The position numbers and the translations under genes are program-made. Below are positions 1 through 9,163 of a stretch of DNA of 64,000 nt, one piece after another (position 1 is the stretch's first letter; the number at the start of each line of letters is the position of its first letter). This stretch comes from a candidate division WOR-3 bacterium. GTDB taxonomy: Bacteria; Hydrothermota; Hydrothermia; Hydrothermales; JAJRUZ01. Where the stretch lies: positions 2,719 to 66,718 of the forward strand of contig JBDRZP010000007.1 in assembly GCA_039804025.1 (NCBI GenBank), written 5' to 3'. The notes beneath the pieces were generated by a model. The model ran no database searches. It was not told the origin of the DNA and was given only the letters and a program-made list of their open reading frames with translations.

Positions 1-250
1 TTTATTTTATTCACCTTTTTCTCACATTTCCCCTGGTTTTAATTTTACTTTTTCATATTTAAGAAAATACCCCTTTCTTAATGGAGAAATTTTCTATTCT
101 ACAAAGAGAAAGGATATTTATTATAACCTTAAATATGGCATAAGTTTTCCTTTTGTTTTTCCCCAGAATATCATATACCTAAATTCTCTATTTTTTGAAA
201 GTAATTATTTCCTAAAAATAGGTTTTAAAAAAAGATATCAGGAATATTCA

Positions 251-949
251 TTGGATCCTAAAAAAGGAATTTTTCTTTCAGAATTTATTTATAAAAACTC
301 AAAAAAAGAAAGTAAATTTTTTGATGATGCCAATTATGCAGGTTTTAATTTTGGATTTTATATTTTCCCTGTCACTGACTTATTTTATAATGAGATTAAC
401 ATTAATTTTTCTTTTTATCCCCAAAGATTTTCAGGAGATTATAACTTTAAAAAATTTTTTATAAAATATGAACTTTCTTTTAGCCCTTTTTATCCATATT
501 TATCTTACATAAATCCTTTTGACCTTATAAATATAAAATTTTTTTACGGCAGAATTGAGGGTCATTTCCCTTTACAGGAGTTCTTTAATAATTATTCCAT
601 TTCCTCTTATGATATCTTGAGTTCCCCTTTTGAAAGAATTTCTCTTTTATCTTCTGATTATACCTTTACAGGTGAGGAAGGAATTTATTTAAAAGGCTAT
701 AAATTTGTAAGATTTAAAAATGTATTATCTTTTTTCTTTTCTTCGGGTTTTAAAAATTTTGGAATTTTCTATGAAAAGATTTTATGGGGTGACTTCAATC
801 TTTGGGATTCAGGAATTTACTTTATAAAATACTTTAAGAATTTTATGTTGAAAATATATTTACCTTTTTATATAAATAACCCTCACCTTAATAAGGAAAA
901 GAACAATTTTGATTTTAGAATTAAAATTGTGTTAAAATTTTTTGAATAA
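251..949 (+). CDS. hypothetical protein, aromatic-rich (F/Y/N-rich), possibly beta-strand-rich or outer-membrane-like; no signal peptide at the called Met
   Basis: 232-aa ORF from the six-frame track; call rests on composition and alternating aromatic pattern only, no family motif recognised. Confidence 0.3.
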   Translation: MDPKKGIFLSEFIYKNSKKESKFFDDANYAGFNFGFYIFPVTDLFYNEININFSFYPQRFSGDYNFKKFFIKYELSFSPFYPYLSYINPFDLINIKFFYGRIEGHFPLQEFFNNYSISSYDILSSPFERISLLSSDYTFTGEEGIYLKGYKFVRFKNVLSFFFSSGFKNFGIFYEKILWGDFNLWDSGIYFIKYFKNFMLKIYLPFYINNPHLNKEKNNFDFRIKIVLKFFE

Positions 950-962
950 AAGGTTCAAATCC
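950..962 (+). promoter_or_regulatory. upstream stem-loop motif AAGGTTCAAATCC, 21 nt before the ATG of 984..1496
   Basis: read directly from sequence; one of at least 9 instances of the same T-arm-like motif at constant distance from start codons. Confidence 0.45.
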
Positions 963-983
963 TAAAAAATAGAAAGAAAAAAA

Positions 984-1496
984 ATGGATTTTGGAAAAAT
1001 AATTGAAAAAGCTCTTTCAATTTTACAATTAAAAGAAGATGTAATAAAGGAAGTATCTGAAAAACCTGAATATTTAAATTTTTCAATTTTAATTGTTGCT
1101 ATTGCGGGACTTGCAAGTTCAATTGGTTCTTTTAAGTTTATTCCAGGTATAATCACTGGTCCAATTGTTGCTGTGATTGGATTTTTTATTTGGGTTGGAA
1201 TATTGTGGATTATTGCAAAAATCTTCGGTGGTAAAGGAAATTACCTCTCTTACTTTAAACCTCTTGCAATGTCTGATATAATTCAATGGGTAACAGTTAT
1301 ACCTTTTATAGGCTCTTTTCTTGGTGCCATTGCCTTAATATGGATGGTAATTGTTGCCATAAAGGTAACACAGATTGTTCATGAACTTGATCTTCCTAAA
1401 GCAGTTCTTGTTGTTCTAATACCGATTGGTGTAGTCTTCTTCCTGTTTCTTCTTTTTGGGGCTGCAGCCCTTGCTGTAATTGGAATGAGAGGATAA
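984..1496 (+). CDS. Yip1-domain-like small polytopic membrane protein
   Basis: 170 aa; hydrophilic N-terminus followed by 4-5 hydrophobic helices, the layout of Yip1/YIF1-type proteins. Confidence 0.45.
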   Translation: MDFGKIIEKALSILQLKEDVIKEVSEKPEYLNFSILIVAIAGLASSIGSFKFIPGIITGPIVAVIGFFIWVGILWIIAKIFGGKGNYLSYFKPLAMSDIIQWVTVIPFIGSFLGAIALIWMVIVAIKVTQIVHELDLPKAVLVVLIPIGVVFFLFLLFGAAALAVIGMRG

Positions 1497-1505
1497 AAAT
1501 CTTAA

Positions 1506-2855
1506 TCAAGAATAAAAGAAATTTTAACTAAATTTGAAAATAAATTATTAAGAGATAAAGATTTATTAATCAAATATTCTGAGGACGAATCACCGGTTAA
1601 GGGTAAAATACCAGAATTTGTATTTCTTCCTCAAAAAGTAGAAGAAGTCTCTGAATTTATTAAATACTGCTTTAAGTATAAAATTCCAATAACACCAAGA
1701 GGAGGGGGAACAGGTCTTTCAGGTGGTGCTGTTCCTTTAAAAGGTGGTGTTATATCCTTTGAAAGGATGAATAAAATTATTGATATTGACGAAATAAATC
1801 AATATGTGGTCCTTGAGCCTGGTGTAATTACAGGGGAAATTAATAAAGTTCTTAAATCCTTTGATCTTTTTTATCCACCTGATCCAATGAGTCTTGATTC
1901 ATGTACCATTGGTGGTAATGTTGCAACAAACGCAGGGGGTCCTAAGGCTTATAAATATGGTGTTACATCAAATTACCTTCTTGAACTGGAATGTGTATTT
2001 CCAAATGGGAAAGTAGAAACAATAGGTAAAAGAACAAGAAAATGGAAGGCTGGTTACAACCTATTGAATTTCTTATGTGGTTCTGAAGGAACACTTGCAT
2101 TATTTACAAAGATTACTCTTAAGGTAATTCCAAAACCTGAAAAAGAGATTCTTATAATGCTTGGATTTGAAGAAAATAATAAACTTTTTGAGTTTGTAAA
2201 AAAAATTATCAAAAATAAATTTTTCCCTTCAGTAATTGAATTTATGGATAAAAGTTGTTTTAATTTAGTAAAAGAGAAAATTAAAAATTTTTTCCAAATA
2301 GAAAGTTCTATACTCTTTATCAGTTTTGAAGGAGGGGAAAAAGATATAGAAAAGATTATTGAAAGATTTTATTTACTAACGGAAAAAGAAAAGATAAATA
2401 ACATTTTTGTAGGAGATGATAAAAATACTATTGAAAGAATGTGGAATATAAGAAAAAATATGTTTTATGAAACAGAAAAAATGGGTTTTAAAGTTCATTC
2501 AGAGGATGCAGGGATAACATTAACAAAAGCTATAGAATTTATTGAGGATATAAAAAAAATTCTTAAGGATTATAATAAAGAAGGTTATATATTCGGTCAT
2601 CTTGGTGATGGGAATATACATATAAATTTGACTTATAAAATGGATGAAAAAGGGTTGATTAAGGAAATTTCAAAAATTATATGGAATCTCATAATAAAAT
2701 ATGGTGGGACAATAACTGCAGAGCATGGAATAGGTTATTTAAAAAAGGAAGGGTTTAAAAGAGAAATATCACCTTTTTTATACAGAATTCATAAAGATAT
2801 TAAAAAAATTTTTGACCCAAAAGGCATTTTGAACCCGGGAAAAATTTTTTACTAA
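1506..2855 (+). CDS. FAD-linked oxidase (glycolate oxidase subunit GlcD / D-lactate dehydrogenase family). Track ORF starts at ATG 1767, but the FAD-binding domain is encoded in frame upstream from about 1506 with no ATG/GTG/TTG
   Basis: Upstream in-frame translation reads ...PVKGKIPEFVFLPQKVEEVSEFIKYCFKYKIPITPRGGGTGLSGGAVPLKGGVISFERM, the FAD-binding PCMH signature, joining MNKIIDIDEINQYVVLEPGV... C-terminal FAD-oxidase_C-like region; total about 449 aa, typical of GlcD. Confidence 0.6.
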   Translation, partial: SRIKEILTKFENKLLRDKDLLIKYSEDESPVKGKIPEFVFLPQKVEEVSEFIKYCFKYKIPITPRGGGTGLSGGAVPLKGGVISFERMNKIIDIDEINQYVVLEPGVITGEINKVLKSFDLFYPPDPMSLDSCTIGGNVATNAGGPKAYKYGVTSNYLLELECVFPNGKVETIGKRTRKWKAGYNLLNFLCGSEGTLALFTKITLKVIPKPEKEILIMLGFEENNKLFEFVKKIIKNKFFPSVIEFMDKSCFNLVKEKIKNFFQIESSILFISFEGGEKDIEKIIERFYLLTEKEKINNIFVGDDKNTIERMWNIRKNMFYETEKMGFKVHSEDAGITLTKAIEFIEDIKKILKDYNKEGYIFGHLGDGNIHINLTYKMDEKGLIKEISKIIWNLIIKYGGTITAEHGIGYLKKEGFKREISPFLYRIHKDIKKIFDPKGILNPGKIFY

Positions 2856-2901
2856 ATTTTAACTCAAATTATAGAATAAAAGTTTATTTAAAGATTTAAA
2901 A

Positions 2902-2935
2902 GGGGAAAAGGAGAATAATACTCTCCCCTCCCCCT
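2902..2935. terminator. putative bidirectional terminator hairpin (GGAGA-ataatac-TCTCC inside a G/C-rich extended stem) between convergent genes
   Basis: inverted repeat at 2910-2926 with flanking GGGG/CCCC arms, followed by a T-rich stretch; lies between the + gene ending 2855 and the - gene ending 2953. Confidence 0.4.
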
Positions 2936-2952
2936 GTTATATATCTCCTTAA

Positions 2953-4200
2953 TTACACCCAGCCTCTTAATTTCATTCCTTCCACCACTCTTCTCACTGC
3001 CACAGCGTATGCAGCAGTTCTGGGGTCAACATTAAATTCTTTCATAGCATCCCAGACAGCATTAAAGGACTTTGTCATTTTTGTATCAAGTCTCGAATAA
3101 ACCTCTTCCTCTTCCCAGTAAAACCCAGTAATATTCTGAACCCATTCAAAGTAAGAAACAGTAACACCACCTGCATTAGCAAGAAAATCAGGTAAAAATA
3201 AAATATTTTTCTTGTGCAAAATTTCATCAGCTTCAGGAGTAACAGGTCCATTTGCAAGCTCTAAAATTATTTTAGCCTTTATTTTATTTGCATTTTCTTC
3301 TGTTATCACTTCCTCAAGTGCTGCTGGAATAAGAATATCCACATCCAGTTCAAGAAGCTCCTCATTTGTTATTTTTTCACTTCCTTTAAAACCTACTACA
3401 GAACCTGTTTTATTTTTATGTTCAAAAACTTCCTCAAAGGGAAGTCCTTTCTTGTTTAAAATTCCACCTTTTGAATCGCTGACAGCAATAACTTTTGTTC
3501 CGAACATTTCTGTTATAAGTTTGTGGGCAAAGTATCCTGCATTTCCGTATCCCTGAATTGCACAGGTTGCTTTTTTAAGGTCTATCCCGAGTTTTTTAGC
3601 AGCTTCTCTCAATACATACATACCACCTCTTGCAGTAGCATCATTTCTTCCAACAGAACCACCTATTCTTAAAGGTTTCCCGGTAATTACCCCAGGGGCA
3701 TTATACTGTCTTATTTTACTGAATTCATCCATCATCCAAGCCATTATCTGGGGATTTGTGTAAACATCAGGAGCAGGAATATCCTTTTCAGGTCCTATTA
3801 CCTGGGCTATAGCTCTTATATATCCTCTTGAAAGTTCTTCCAGTTCCCTTTGAGACATTTCTTTTGGATTACATACAACACCACCCTTTCCCCCACCATA
3901 AGGTAAATCCATAAGTGCTGTTTTCCATGTCATCCAGGCTGCAAGTGCTCTAACAGTATCAATAGTTTCCTCAGGATGGAATCTTATACCACCCTTTGTT
4001 GGGCCAAGAGCATCATTATACTGAACCCTGAACCCTCTAAATACCTTAACAGTTCCATTATCCATTTTTACAGGTATAGAAACATGTATTTCCCGCATAG
4101 GCCACCTTAGCATCTCGTGAACATGAGGCTCAAGTTTTAAAACTTGGGCAGCTTTATCAAGCTGCTCCTGAGCAACTTCAAAGGGATTTTTTTTAGCCAT
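2953..4200 (-). CDS. gdhA: NAD(P)-dependent glutamate dehydrogenase
   Basis: 415 aa; catalytic GGGKGG motif, Rossmann IQGYGNAGY, overall Glu/Leu/Phe/Val dehydrogenase family layout. Confidence 0.9.
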   Translation of the reverse strand: MAKKNPFEVAQEQLDKAAQVLKLEPHVHEMLRWPMREIHVSIPVKMDNGTVKVFRGFRVQYNDALGPTKGGIRFHPEETIDTVRALAAWMTWKTALMDLPYGGGKGGVVCNPKEMSQRELEELSRGYIRAIAQVIGPEKDIPAPDVYTNPQIMAWMMDEFSKIRQYNAPGVITGKPLRIGGSVGRNDATARGGMYVLREAAKKLGIDLKKATCAIQGYGNAGYFAHKLITEMFGTKVIAVSDSKGGILNKKGLPFEEVFEHKNKTGSVVGFKGSEKITNEELLELDVDILIPAALEEVITEENANKIKAKIILELANGPVTPEADEILHKKNILFLPDFLANAGGVTVSYFEWVQNITGFYWEEEEVYSRLDTKMTKSFNAVWDAMKEFNVDPRTAAYAVAVRRVVEGMKLRGWV

Positions 4201-4233
4201 TTTTAGTCCTCCAATTGTTATTTTTAAATTTTA

Positions 4234-4246
4234 GGGGATTTAACCC
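4234..4246 (-). promoter_or_regulatory. variant of the upstream stem-loop motif (GGGTTAAATCCCC on the minus strand), 33 nt upstream of the gdhA start
   Basis: read directly; one nucleotide shorter loop and longer spacing than the other instances. Confidence 0.25.
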
Positions 4247-4313
4247 TCCTCCTTTTTAAATTAATTATATAATAACTTTACAAATTCAGTCAAATAATTT
4301 AAAATATAATTAT

Positions 4314-4326
4314 AAGGTTCAAGTCC
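4314..4326 (+). promoter_or_regulatory. upstream stem-loop motif AAGGTTCAAGTCC, 23 nt before the ATG at 4350
   Basis: read directly; preceded by TATAAT at 4305-4310 and followed by SD GAGGT. Confidence 0.45.
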
Positions 4327-4349
4327 CTTTTTAAAAAAGAGGTTAAAAA

Positions 4350-4529
4350 ATGAACATTTCAAAAATAATTTTTATACTTTCCCTTATTACTTTTATAATA
4401 GCAATTGTTTTAAAACTTACAGGCACTGAATTCCCTCATCTTTTTAAACCTTATACCTACCTGAAAGGGACCTGGACATTACTTTTATTTTCTATTAGTT
4501 ACCATTTGATTTTTGAAAAGGGGAAATAA
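4350..4529 (+). CDS. small hydrophobic membrane protein (59 aa), below the ORF-track length cutoff
   Basis: ATG with SD (AAGAGGTtaaaaaATG) and the conserved upstream motif; translation MNISKIIFILSLITFIIAIVLKLTGTEFPHLF... has one clear TM helix. Confidence 0.4.
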   Translation: MNISKIIFILSLITFIIAIVLKLTGTEFPHLFKPYTYLKGTWTLLLFSISYHLIFEKGK

Positions 4530-4556
4530 AAGGGAAAAATATTTTAAAATATATAT

Positions 4557-4955
4557 GTGAATAAAGACACTTTAATTTTAGGTGTTGAAGAATTTGTTGA
4601 ATTACAGAAATTGCTTGATGATTTTACATACAGAGCAAACACACATTCTTCAATGCTTTCTACCCTTTCAGGACAATTACTTGTTTCTTCAGGTTTTAAA
4701 ACTCCCTTTAATCTACTTGCCATATCAGCATTACTTGCAGGGATTTTTCAAAGCACAAGAGAATTGGCAAGAATAATAGGAGAAAAAAATTTTGTAACTT
4801 TTTTTCAGGAAGGTAATAGCTGGAATATATATTACACCCTGGTTGGGGAAGACCTGCTCCTTACCACCTTTTTTGATGATAGAACTATACTGGGAATGGT
4901 AGAAGTTCAGGCAAAAAAACTTGCAAAAAAGATAAATGAACTTTTGAAAAAATGA
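4557..4955 (+). CDS. roadblock/LC7 (MglB-like) domain protein
   Basis: 132 aa; size and pattern (LILGVEEF...LAISALLAGIF...GNSWNIYYTLVGEDLLLTTFFD) fit the roadblock/LC7 fold; first gene of a coupled operon. Confidence 0.5.
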   Translation: MNKDTLILGVEEFVELQKLLDDFTYRANTHSSMLSTLSGQLLVSSGFKTPFNLLAISALLAGIFQSTRELARIIGEKNFVTFFQEGNSWNIYYTLVGEDLLLTTFFDDRTILGMVEVQAKKLAKKINELLKK

Positions 4956-6826
4956 CCCTTTTAAATCCAAGATTTACCTTTAAAAACTTTGTTGAATATA
5001 AAGGGAACAGAATGGCAAAAAGAGCCCTTGAAACCATAATAGAGGATCCACTTGTTTTCAATCCAGTCTTTATATACTCAGAACCAGGAATGGGTAAAAC
5101 CCACCTTGTAACTGCTCTTACACACAGATTAAGAGAAAAAAACATTAAGGACCTTTTTCTTATACCAAAAGAATTTGAAAAAAATTATGAAAAAATATAC
5201 GATTTTAAAAAGGGATTTTTAATCATTGATAATTTTGAAAATTTTTCAAAAATAAAAAGTGAAATAATTGAGGAGTTCACGAATAATTTTGAAATACTTC
5301 TTGCGAATGAGGTTGAAATAATTCTCTCTTCCTCAATTCCCTATAATGAATTAAAGGACCTACCTTTCGAACTTTTATCAAGGATAAAAGGAGGCCTTTT
5401 AATAGAAATATTGCCACCTGATGAAGAAGATATTAAAATCATTATAAAAGAGAAACTAATTAAAAGAGGAATAGAATTAGAGGAAAGATTTATTAATTTG
5501 ATTTCAAGGAAAAATTACAAAAATATAAGAGAAATAGAAGGTGATATAAATAAAATTTTTTTAAGGTTTATTTCAAAAGAAAAAATTGAAGAAAAAGATA
5601 TAGAAGAAATAACAGGAATATCACTTCCTATACTCTTCTTTTCAGATATAATACCTGAAATTGAAAAAAGCCTTGAAAAATTAGAAGTAGTTGCAAGGGA
5701 AGAGGAAGCTTTAAAAACAGCCTTAAAGGAAAAAATTTATATATGGGAAATGAAGGGATTTAAAACTGATAGACTCAAAAAACTTATAGGAGTAAAAGAC
5801 TTGCAGATTTTAAAAGAAGAATACAGAAAATTTATCAGCGATGTTACAAAACTGATTGAGTATCAAAAAATTTATGGTGAAATAGGTGTTCAAGATATAG
5901 AAATTGAAAAAGCCCTTTTTGATCCTGATAGGGTTCTTGAGGTTGAAAAATGGATAGAAGAGATAAAAAGCAGTGTTTTAAAGAAAGAGGAACCAATAAT
6001 TCTAGAAGAAGCTATAAAGGAATCTGAAGAAACTGAAGAAATTGAAGAAATCAGTACTACAGAAGAAAAAAAAGAAATTGAAGAAATTATAGAAGTAAAA
6101 GAAGAGGAAGAAGTATTTATAATTGAGTCTGATTATAACAGAGATGTTCTTGAAGAAATAAAAAAACAAGCAAGAGAAGGTAAACCTGAGATTTTACTTA
6201 TCTTTTCTCAGGGAAGGAGGGGACTTTCAACTCATCTTCTTTATGCTTATGAAATAAATAAAGAAAAGAAAAAAGTTTTTTACCATTCAAATGACATATC
6301 AGATTTATTCTTTGAAGACGAAAGTAAACTTAATACAATTTTTAAAGATTATAATTTTATTGTAATAGATGATGCAGAAATATTTTTTGATGTGGAGGAT
6401 TTAAGAGATAAAATTTTACCTTTAATTATAGAAGAAAAAAATAATGGGAAAAAATTTTTAATAGGAATAAAGAAAAATCCTGAAGAAATCTATTTACCGG
6501 AGGAATACAAAAAAGTATTTGAGTCTTCAAAAAATGTTTCCTTAAAAAAACCAGATAGAAAAATACTTGAAGAAATTTTAAATGAAAAAATAAAAAAAGA
6601 AAACTTGAACCTCGATGAAAATCTAAAAGAAGAAATTCTTAATAGAGAGTTTTTTGATTTAAAAGAATTTGAAGATTATCTTAAGGAAACACAGAAAATA
6701 ATTGAAAATAGAGTAAAAAAAGAGGAAATTAAAATAAGTCTAAAGGGAAACTCAGCCAATGAGAAAAGTAATATAATTTTTGATATTGAAATAATAGAAG
6801 AAAGAATTTTTGAGGACTACCCATGA
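4952..6826 (+). CDS. DnaA/Hda-family AAA+ ATPase-like protein with a second degenerate AAA+-like module and no DnaA domain IV
   Basis: N-terminus LNPRFTFKNFVEYKGNRMAKRALETIIEDPLVFNPVFIYSEPGMGKTHLVTALTH matches the DnaA AAA+ box (NPxYTFdnFVvG..N..A......Npl.NPlFiYG..GlGKTHLl.Ai); Walker B-like FLIIDNFE; second module ILLIFSQGRRGLSTHLLYA...FIVIDDAE; E/K-rich linker between; start overlaps upstream stop (ATGA). Confidence 0.6.
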   Translation: MTLLNPRFTFKNFVEYKGNRMAKRALETIIEDPLVFNPVFIYSEPGMGKTHLVTALTHRLREKNIKDLFLIPKEFEKNYEKIYDFKKGFLIIDNFENFSKIKSEIIEEFTNNFEILLANEVEIILSSSIPYNELKDLPFELLSRIKGGLLIEILPPDEEDIKIIIKEKLIKRGIELEERFINLISRKNYKNIREIEGDINKIFLRFISKEKIEEKDIEEITGISLPILFFSDIIPEIEKSLEKLEVVAREEEALKTALKEKIYIWEMKGFKTDRLKKLIGVKDLQILKEEYRKFISDVTKLIEYQKIYGEIGVQDIEIEKALFDPDRVLEVEKWIEEIKSSVLKKEEPIILEEAIKESEETEEIEEISTTEEKKEIEEIIEVKEEEEVFIIESDYNRDVLEEIKKQAREGKPEILLIFSQGRRGLSTHLLYAYEINKEKKKVFYHSNDISDLFFEDESKLNTIFKDYNFIVIDDAEIFFDVEDLRDKILPLIIEEKNNGKKFLIGIKKNPEEIYLPEEYKKVFESSKNVSLKKPDRKILEEILNEKIKKENLNLDENLKEEILNREFFDLKEFEDYLKETQKIIENRVKKEEIKISLKGNSANEKSNIIFDIEIIEERIFEDYP

Positions 6827-8400
6827 GAGGTTCTCTTAAAGAGGTGCCTTTTTCTGATGTAGTTCAGTTAATGGTTATGGGTAAAAAAACAGGAAGGTTA
6901 TCAGTAACAAATGGAGAAGATTTTTTAGAACTATATTTTAAGGGGGGAATAGTAATATATGGTAAAATGGTTAATAGACCTGAAAGAATAGGGGAAATTC
7001 TTTTAGCAAAAGGGATAATTGATGAGGAAAAGTTAAAAGAAGCCAAATCACTTGTTGACAAAGGAAAACCAAATATAGGAAGTGCTCTTTTAGAACTTAA
7101 TGTTCCAGAAAACGAAATTAAAAAAGCCTACGAAGAGGAAATTAAAAAATTTGTTGCCAATGCAATTTCTTGGAATGATGGATATTTTAACTTTGAACCT
7201 GATGAGTTTCCAAAGGAAAAACCCATTGTTTCTATTGACCCTTCTTATCTTCTTTTAGAATCTGCAAGAACCTTTGATGAATGGCGAAAAATAGAAGATA
7301 TTATTCCATCTTTAGATGAAATATGTATTTTAAAAGACAAAACCTATGTGCCAAGAGATGAAAAAGAAGCTAAAATTATTGAAAGGATTGATGGAAAAAA
7401 AACTGTAAAAGAAATTTTAGAGGAAACAGGTGAAAATCTCTTTGACCTTGCTGAGACTTTTAAAAATCTCCTCTTAAGAGAGGTTATAGAAACAAAAGAA
7501 AAAATTGAAAAGGAAGAAGTTTCAAAAGCAAAAATTCTTGAACATATAAACTTAGGGTATGCCTTTCTAAAAACAGGATTATTTGAAGAGGCTGAGAGAG
7601 AATTTAAAAGACTCAATGAGCTTGCTCCCAATAAACCAGAAGGTTATTTTTATTTAGGACTTCTTTCTATTTATAAAAAGGAGTTCGAAAAAGCAATTTC
7701 TTATTTAAATGAAGCATTAAAATTGGACCCCCTTAATCCAAAAATACTTAACAATTTGCTTTATATTTACCTCGAAACTAACAGGTTAGAGGAAGCAGAA
7801 AAAATTATAAAACAATTAAATGAAATTAAAATTGATGATGAGAGATTCTTACTTAATAAGGCAATTTATTTTGAAAAAATTGGGGAAAAAGAAAAGTCAG
7901 AGGAAATAATAAGAGCATTAATGAAGGAAAAATCTTTCTTAAAAACACCTTATATTCTTCTTGCTCAGAAACTTTATAATGAAAAAAAGTTTCTTCAGGT
8001 TATAGAGATACTTTCAATAATAAAAGGATATGATCCGAAAAATCCTGAGGTTAATTATGGTCTCGGTTTATCATACAGAGCCTTAGGAAAAATAAAGGAA
8101 GCTGAAGAATTTTTGAAAAATGCAATGAAACTATCTCCATCAAATATAAAGTATAAACTCGCCCTTGCTGATTTTTATTATGAAAAGGGAAAATTTGATG
8201 AATGTAAAAATCTATACACACAGGTTTTATCAATTGATAAGCATAACAAGGAAGCCTTATTCAGAATGGGAAATATTTATTTAAAAGAAGGTAAATACGA
8301 AAATGCTCTTAAATATTTTGAAGAGATCTTAAAAATTGAACCTGAAAACAGAGTGGTAAAAAGAAATGTTGAAATTATCAGAAAAACTATTAATGTTTGA
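6823..8400 (+). CDS. DUF4388 (PATAN-like) domain plus TPR-repeat protein
   Basis: N-terminus VPFSDVVQLMVMGKKTGRLSVTNGEDFLELYFKGGIVIY is typical of DUF4388; C-terminal half has multiple 34-aa TPR units (AEREFKRLNELAPNKPEGYFYLGLL..., AISYLNEALKLDPLNPKILNNLLYIY...); ATGA overlap with upstream gene. Confidence 0.55.
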   Translation: MRGSLKEVPFSDVVQLMVMGKKTGRLSVTNGEDFLELYFKGGIVIYGKMVNRPERIGEILLAKGIIDEEKLKEAKSLVDKGKPNIGSALLELNVPENEIKKAYEEEIKKFVANAISWNDGYFNFEPDEFPKEKPIVSIDPSYLLLESARTFDEWRKIEDIIPSLDEICILKDKTYVPRDEKEAKIIERIDGKKTVKEILEETGENLFDLAETFKNLLLREVIETKEKIEKEEVSKAKILEHINLGYAFLKTGLFEEAEREFKRLNELAPNKPEGYFYLGLLSIYKKEFEKAISYLNEALKLDPLNPKILNNLLYIYLETNRLEEAEKIIKQLNEIKIDDERFLLNKAIYFEKIGEKEKSEEIIRALMKEKSFLKTPYILLAQKLYNEKKFLQVIEILSIIKGYDPKNPEVNYGLGLSYRALGKIKEAEEFLKNAMKLSPSNIKYKLALADFYYEKGKFDECKNLYTQVLSIDKHNKEALFRMGNIYLKEGKYENALKYFEEILKIEPENRVVKRNVEIIRKTINV

Positions 8401-9163
8401 TTTAAAAAGTATAAAAGAAATAATACTTGAAAAAACAGGTATTGATTTATCCTATTACAGAGATAGTTACCTTGAAAGAAGAATAAGAGTAAGGATGAGG
8501 AAAAGCGGTTTTTCAAATTTTCTCGATTATATTGAAAAACTGGAAAGTGATTTTGAAGAAAGAAAAAAATTTATAGATGAAATAGGAATAAATGTATCAT
8601 ACTTTTTCAGAAATAAAAATACCTTTGAAGAAATAAGAAGGTTAATTATACCTGAGTTAAGAAATAGAAAAACAATTTATATATGGAGTGCTGGATGTGC
8701 CTCTGGAGAGGAACCCTATTCTTTAGCCATAATTTTAAACGAGGAAAAAATTGAAAACTACAAAATATTTGCAACAGATATTGATAGTGAAATAATTGAA
8801 AAGGCAAAAGAAGGGATTTATTTTCCTGATAAGTTTATTGAAACACCTAAGGAATTTATTGAAAAATATTTTTTTAAAATAAATGGAAAATATAAAATAG
8901 TTGAGTATTTGAAAAAAAATATTACATTTTTTCTTCATGATGTAATAAAAAAACCACCACTTTTTAATTTTGACCTCGTTCTTTGCAGAAATGTTGTTAT
9001 ATATTTTATTAAGGATAAACAAAGAATTGTATTCGAAAATCTATATAATAGTCTGAAAAAAGGGGGGTTTCTTGTTCTTGGTAAAACAGAATTCCTTCCC
9101 TTTGAATTTAATGATAAATTTGATTACATTTCAAAATCTGAAAGAATATTGAAAAAATTATGA
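8366..9163 (+). CDS. cheR: CheR-type protein-glutamate O-methyltransferase (alternative start at 8393)
   Basis: all-alpha N-domain (FFRNKNTFEEI) plus SAM-MTase motif IYIWSAGCASGEEPYSLAI, the canonical CheR signature; overlaps the upstream gene end. Confidence 0.7.
   Translation: MLKLSEKLLMFDLKSIKEIILEKTGIDLSYYRDSYLERRIRVRMRKSGFSNFLDYIEKLESDFEERKKFIDEIGINVSYFFRNKNTFEEIRRLIIPELRNRKTIYIWSAGCASGEEPYSLAIILNEEKIENYKIFATDIDSEIIEKAKEGIYFPDKFIETPKEFIEKYFFKINGKYKIVEYLKKNITFFLHDVIKKPPLFNFDLVLCRNVVIYFIKDKQRIVFENLYNSLKKGGFLVLGKTEFLPFEFNDKFDYISKSERILKKL

Noticed and set aside
1767-1769. ATG at 1767 as the true start of the FAD-oxidase gene
   Set aside because: It would remove the entire FAD-binding domain, which is clearly encoded in frame upstream. 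It is treated as an internal Met.
3075-3556. Small ORFs on both strands inside gdhA (3075..3257 -, 3212..3556 +)
   Set aside because: They are nested within a high-confidence conserved gene and have low-complexity composition.
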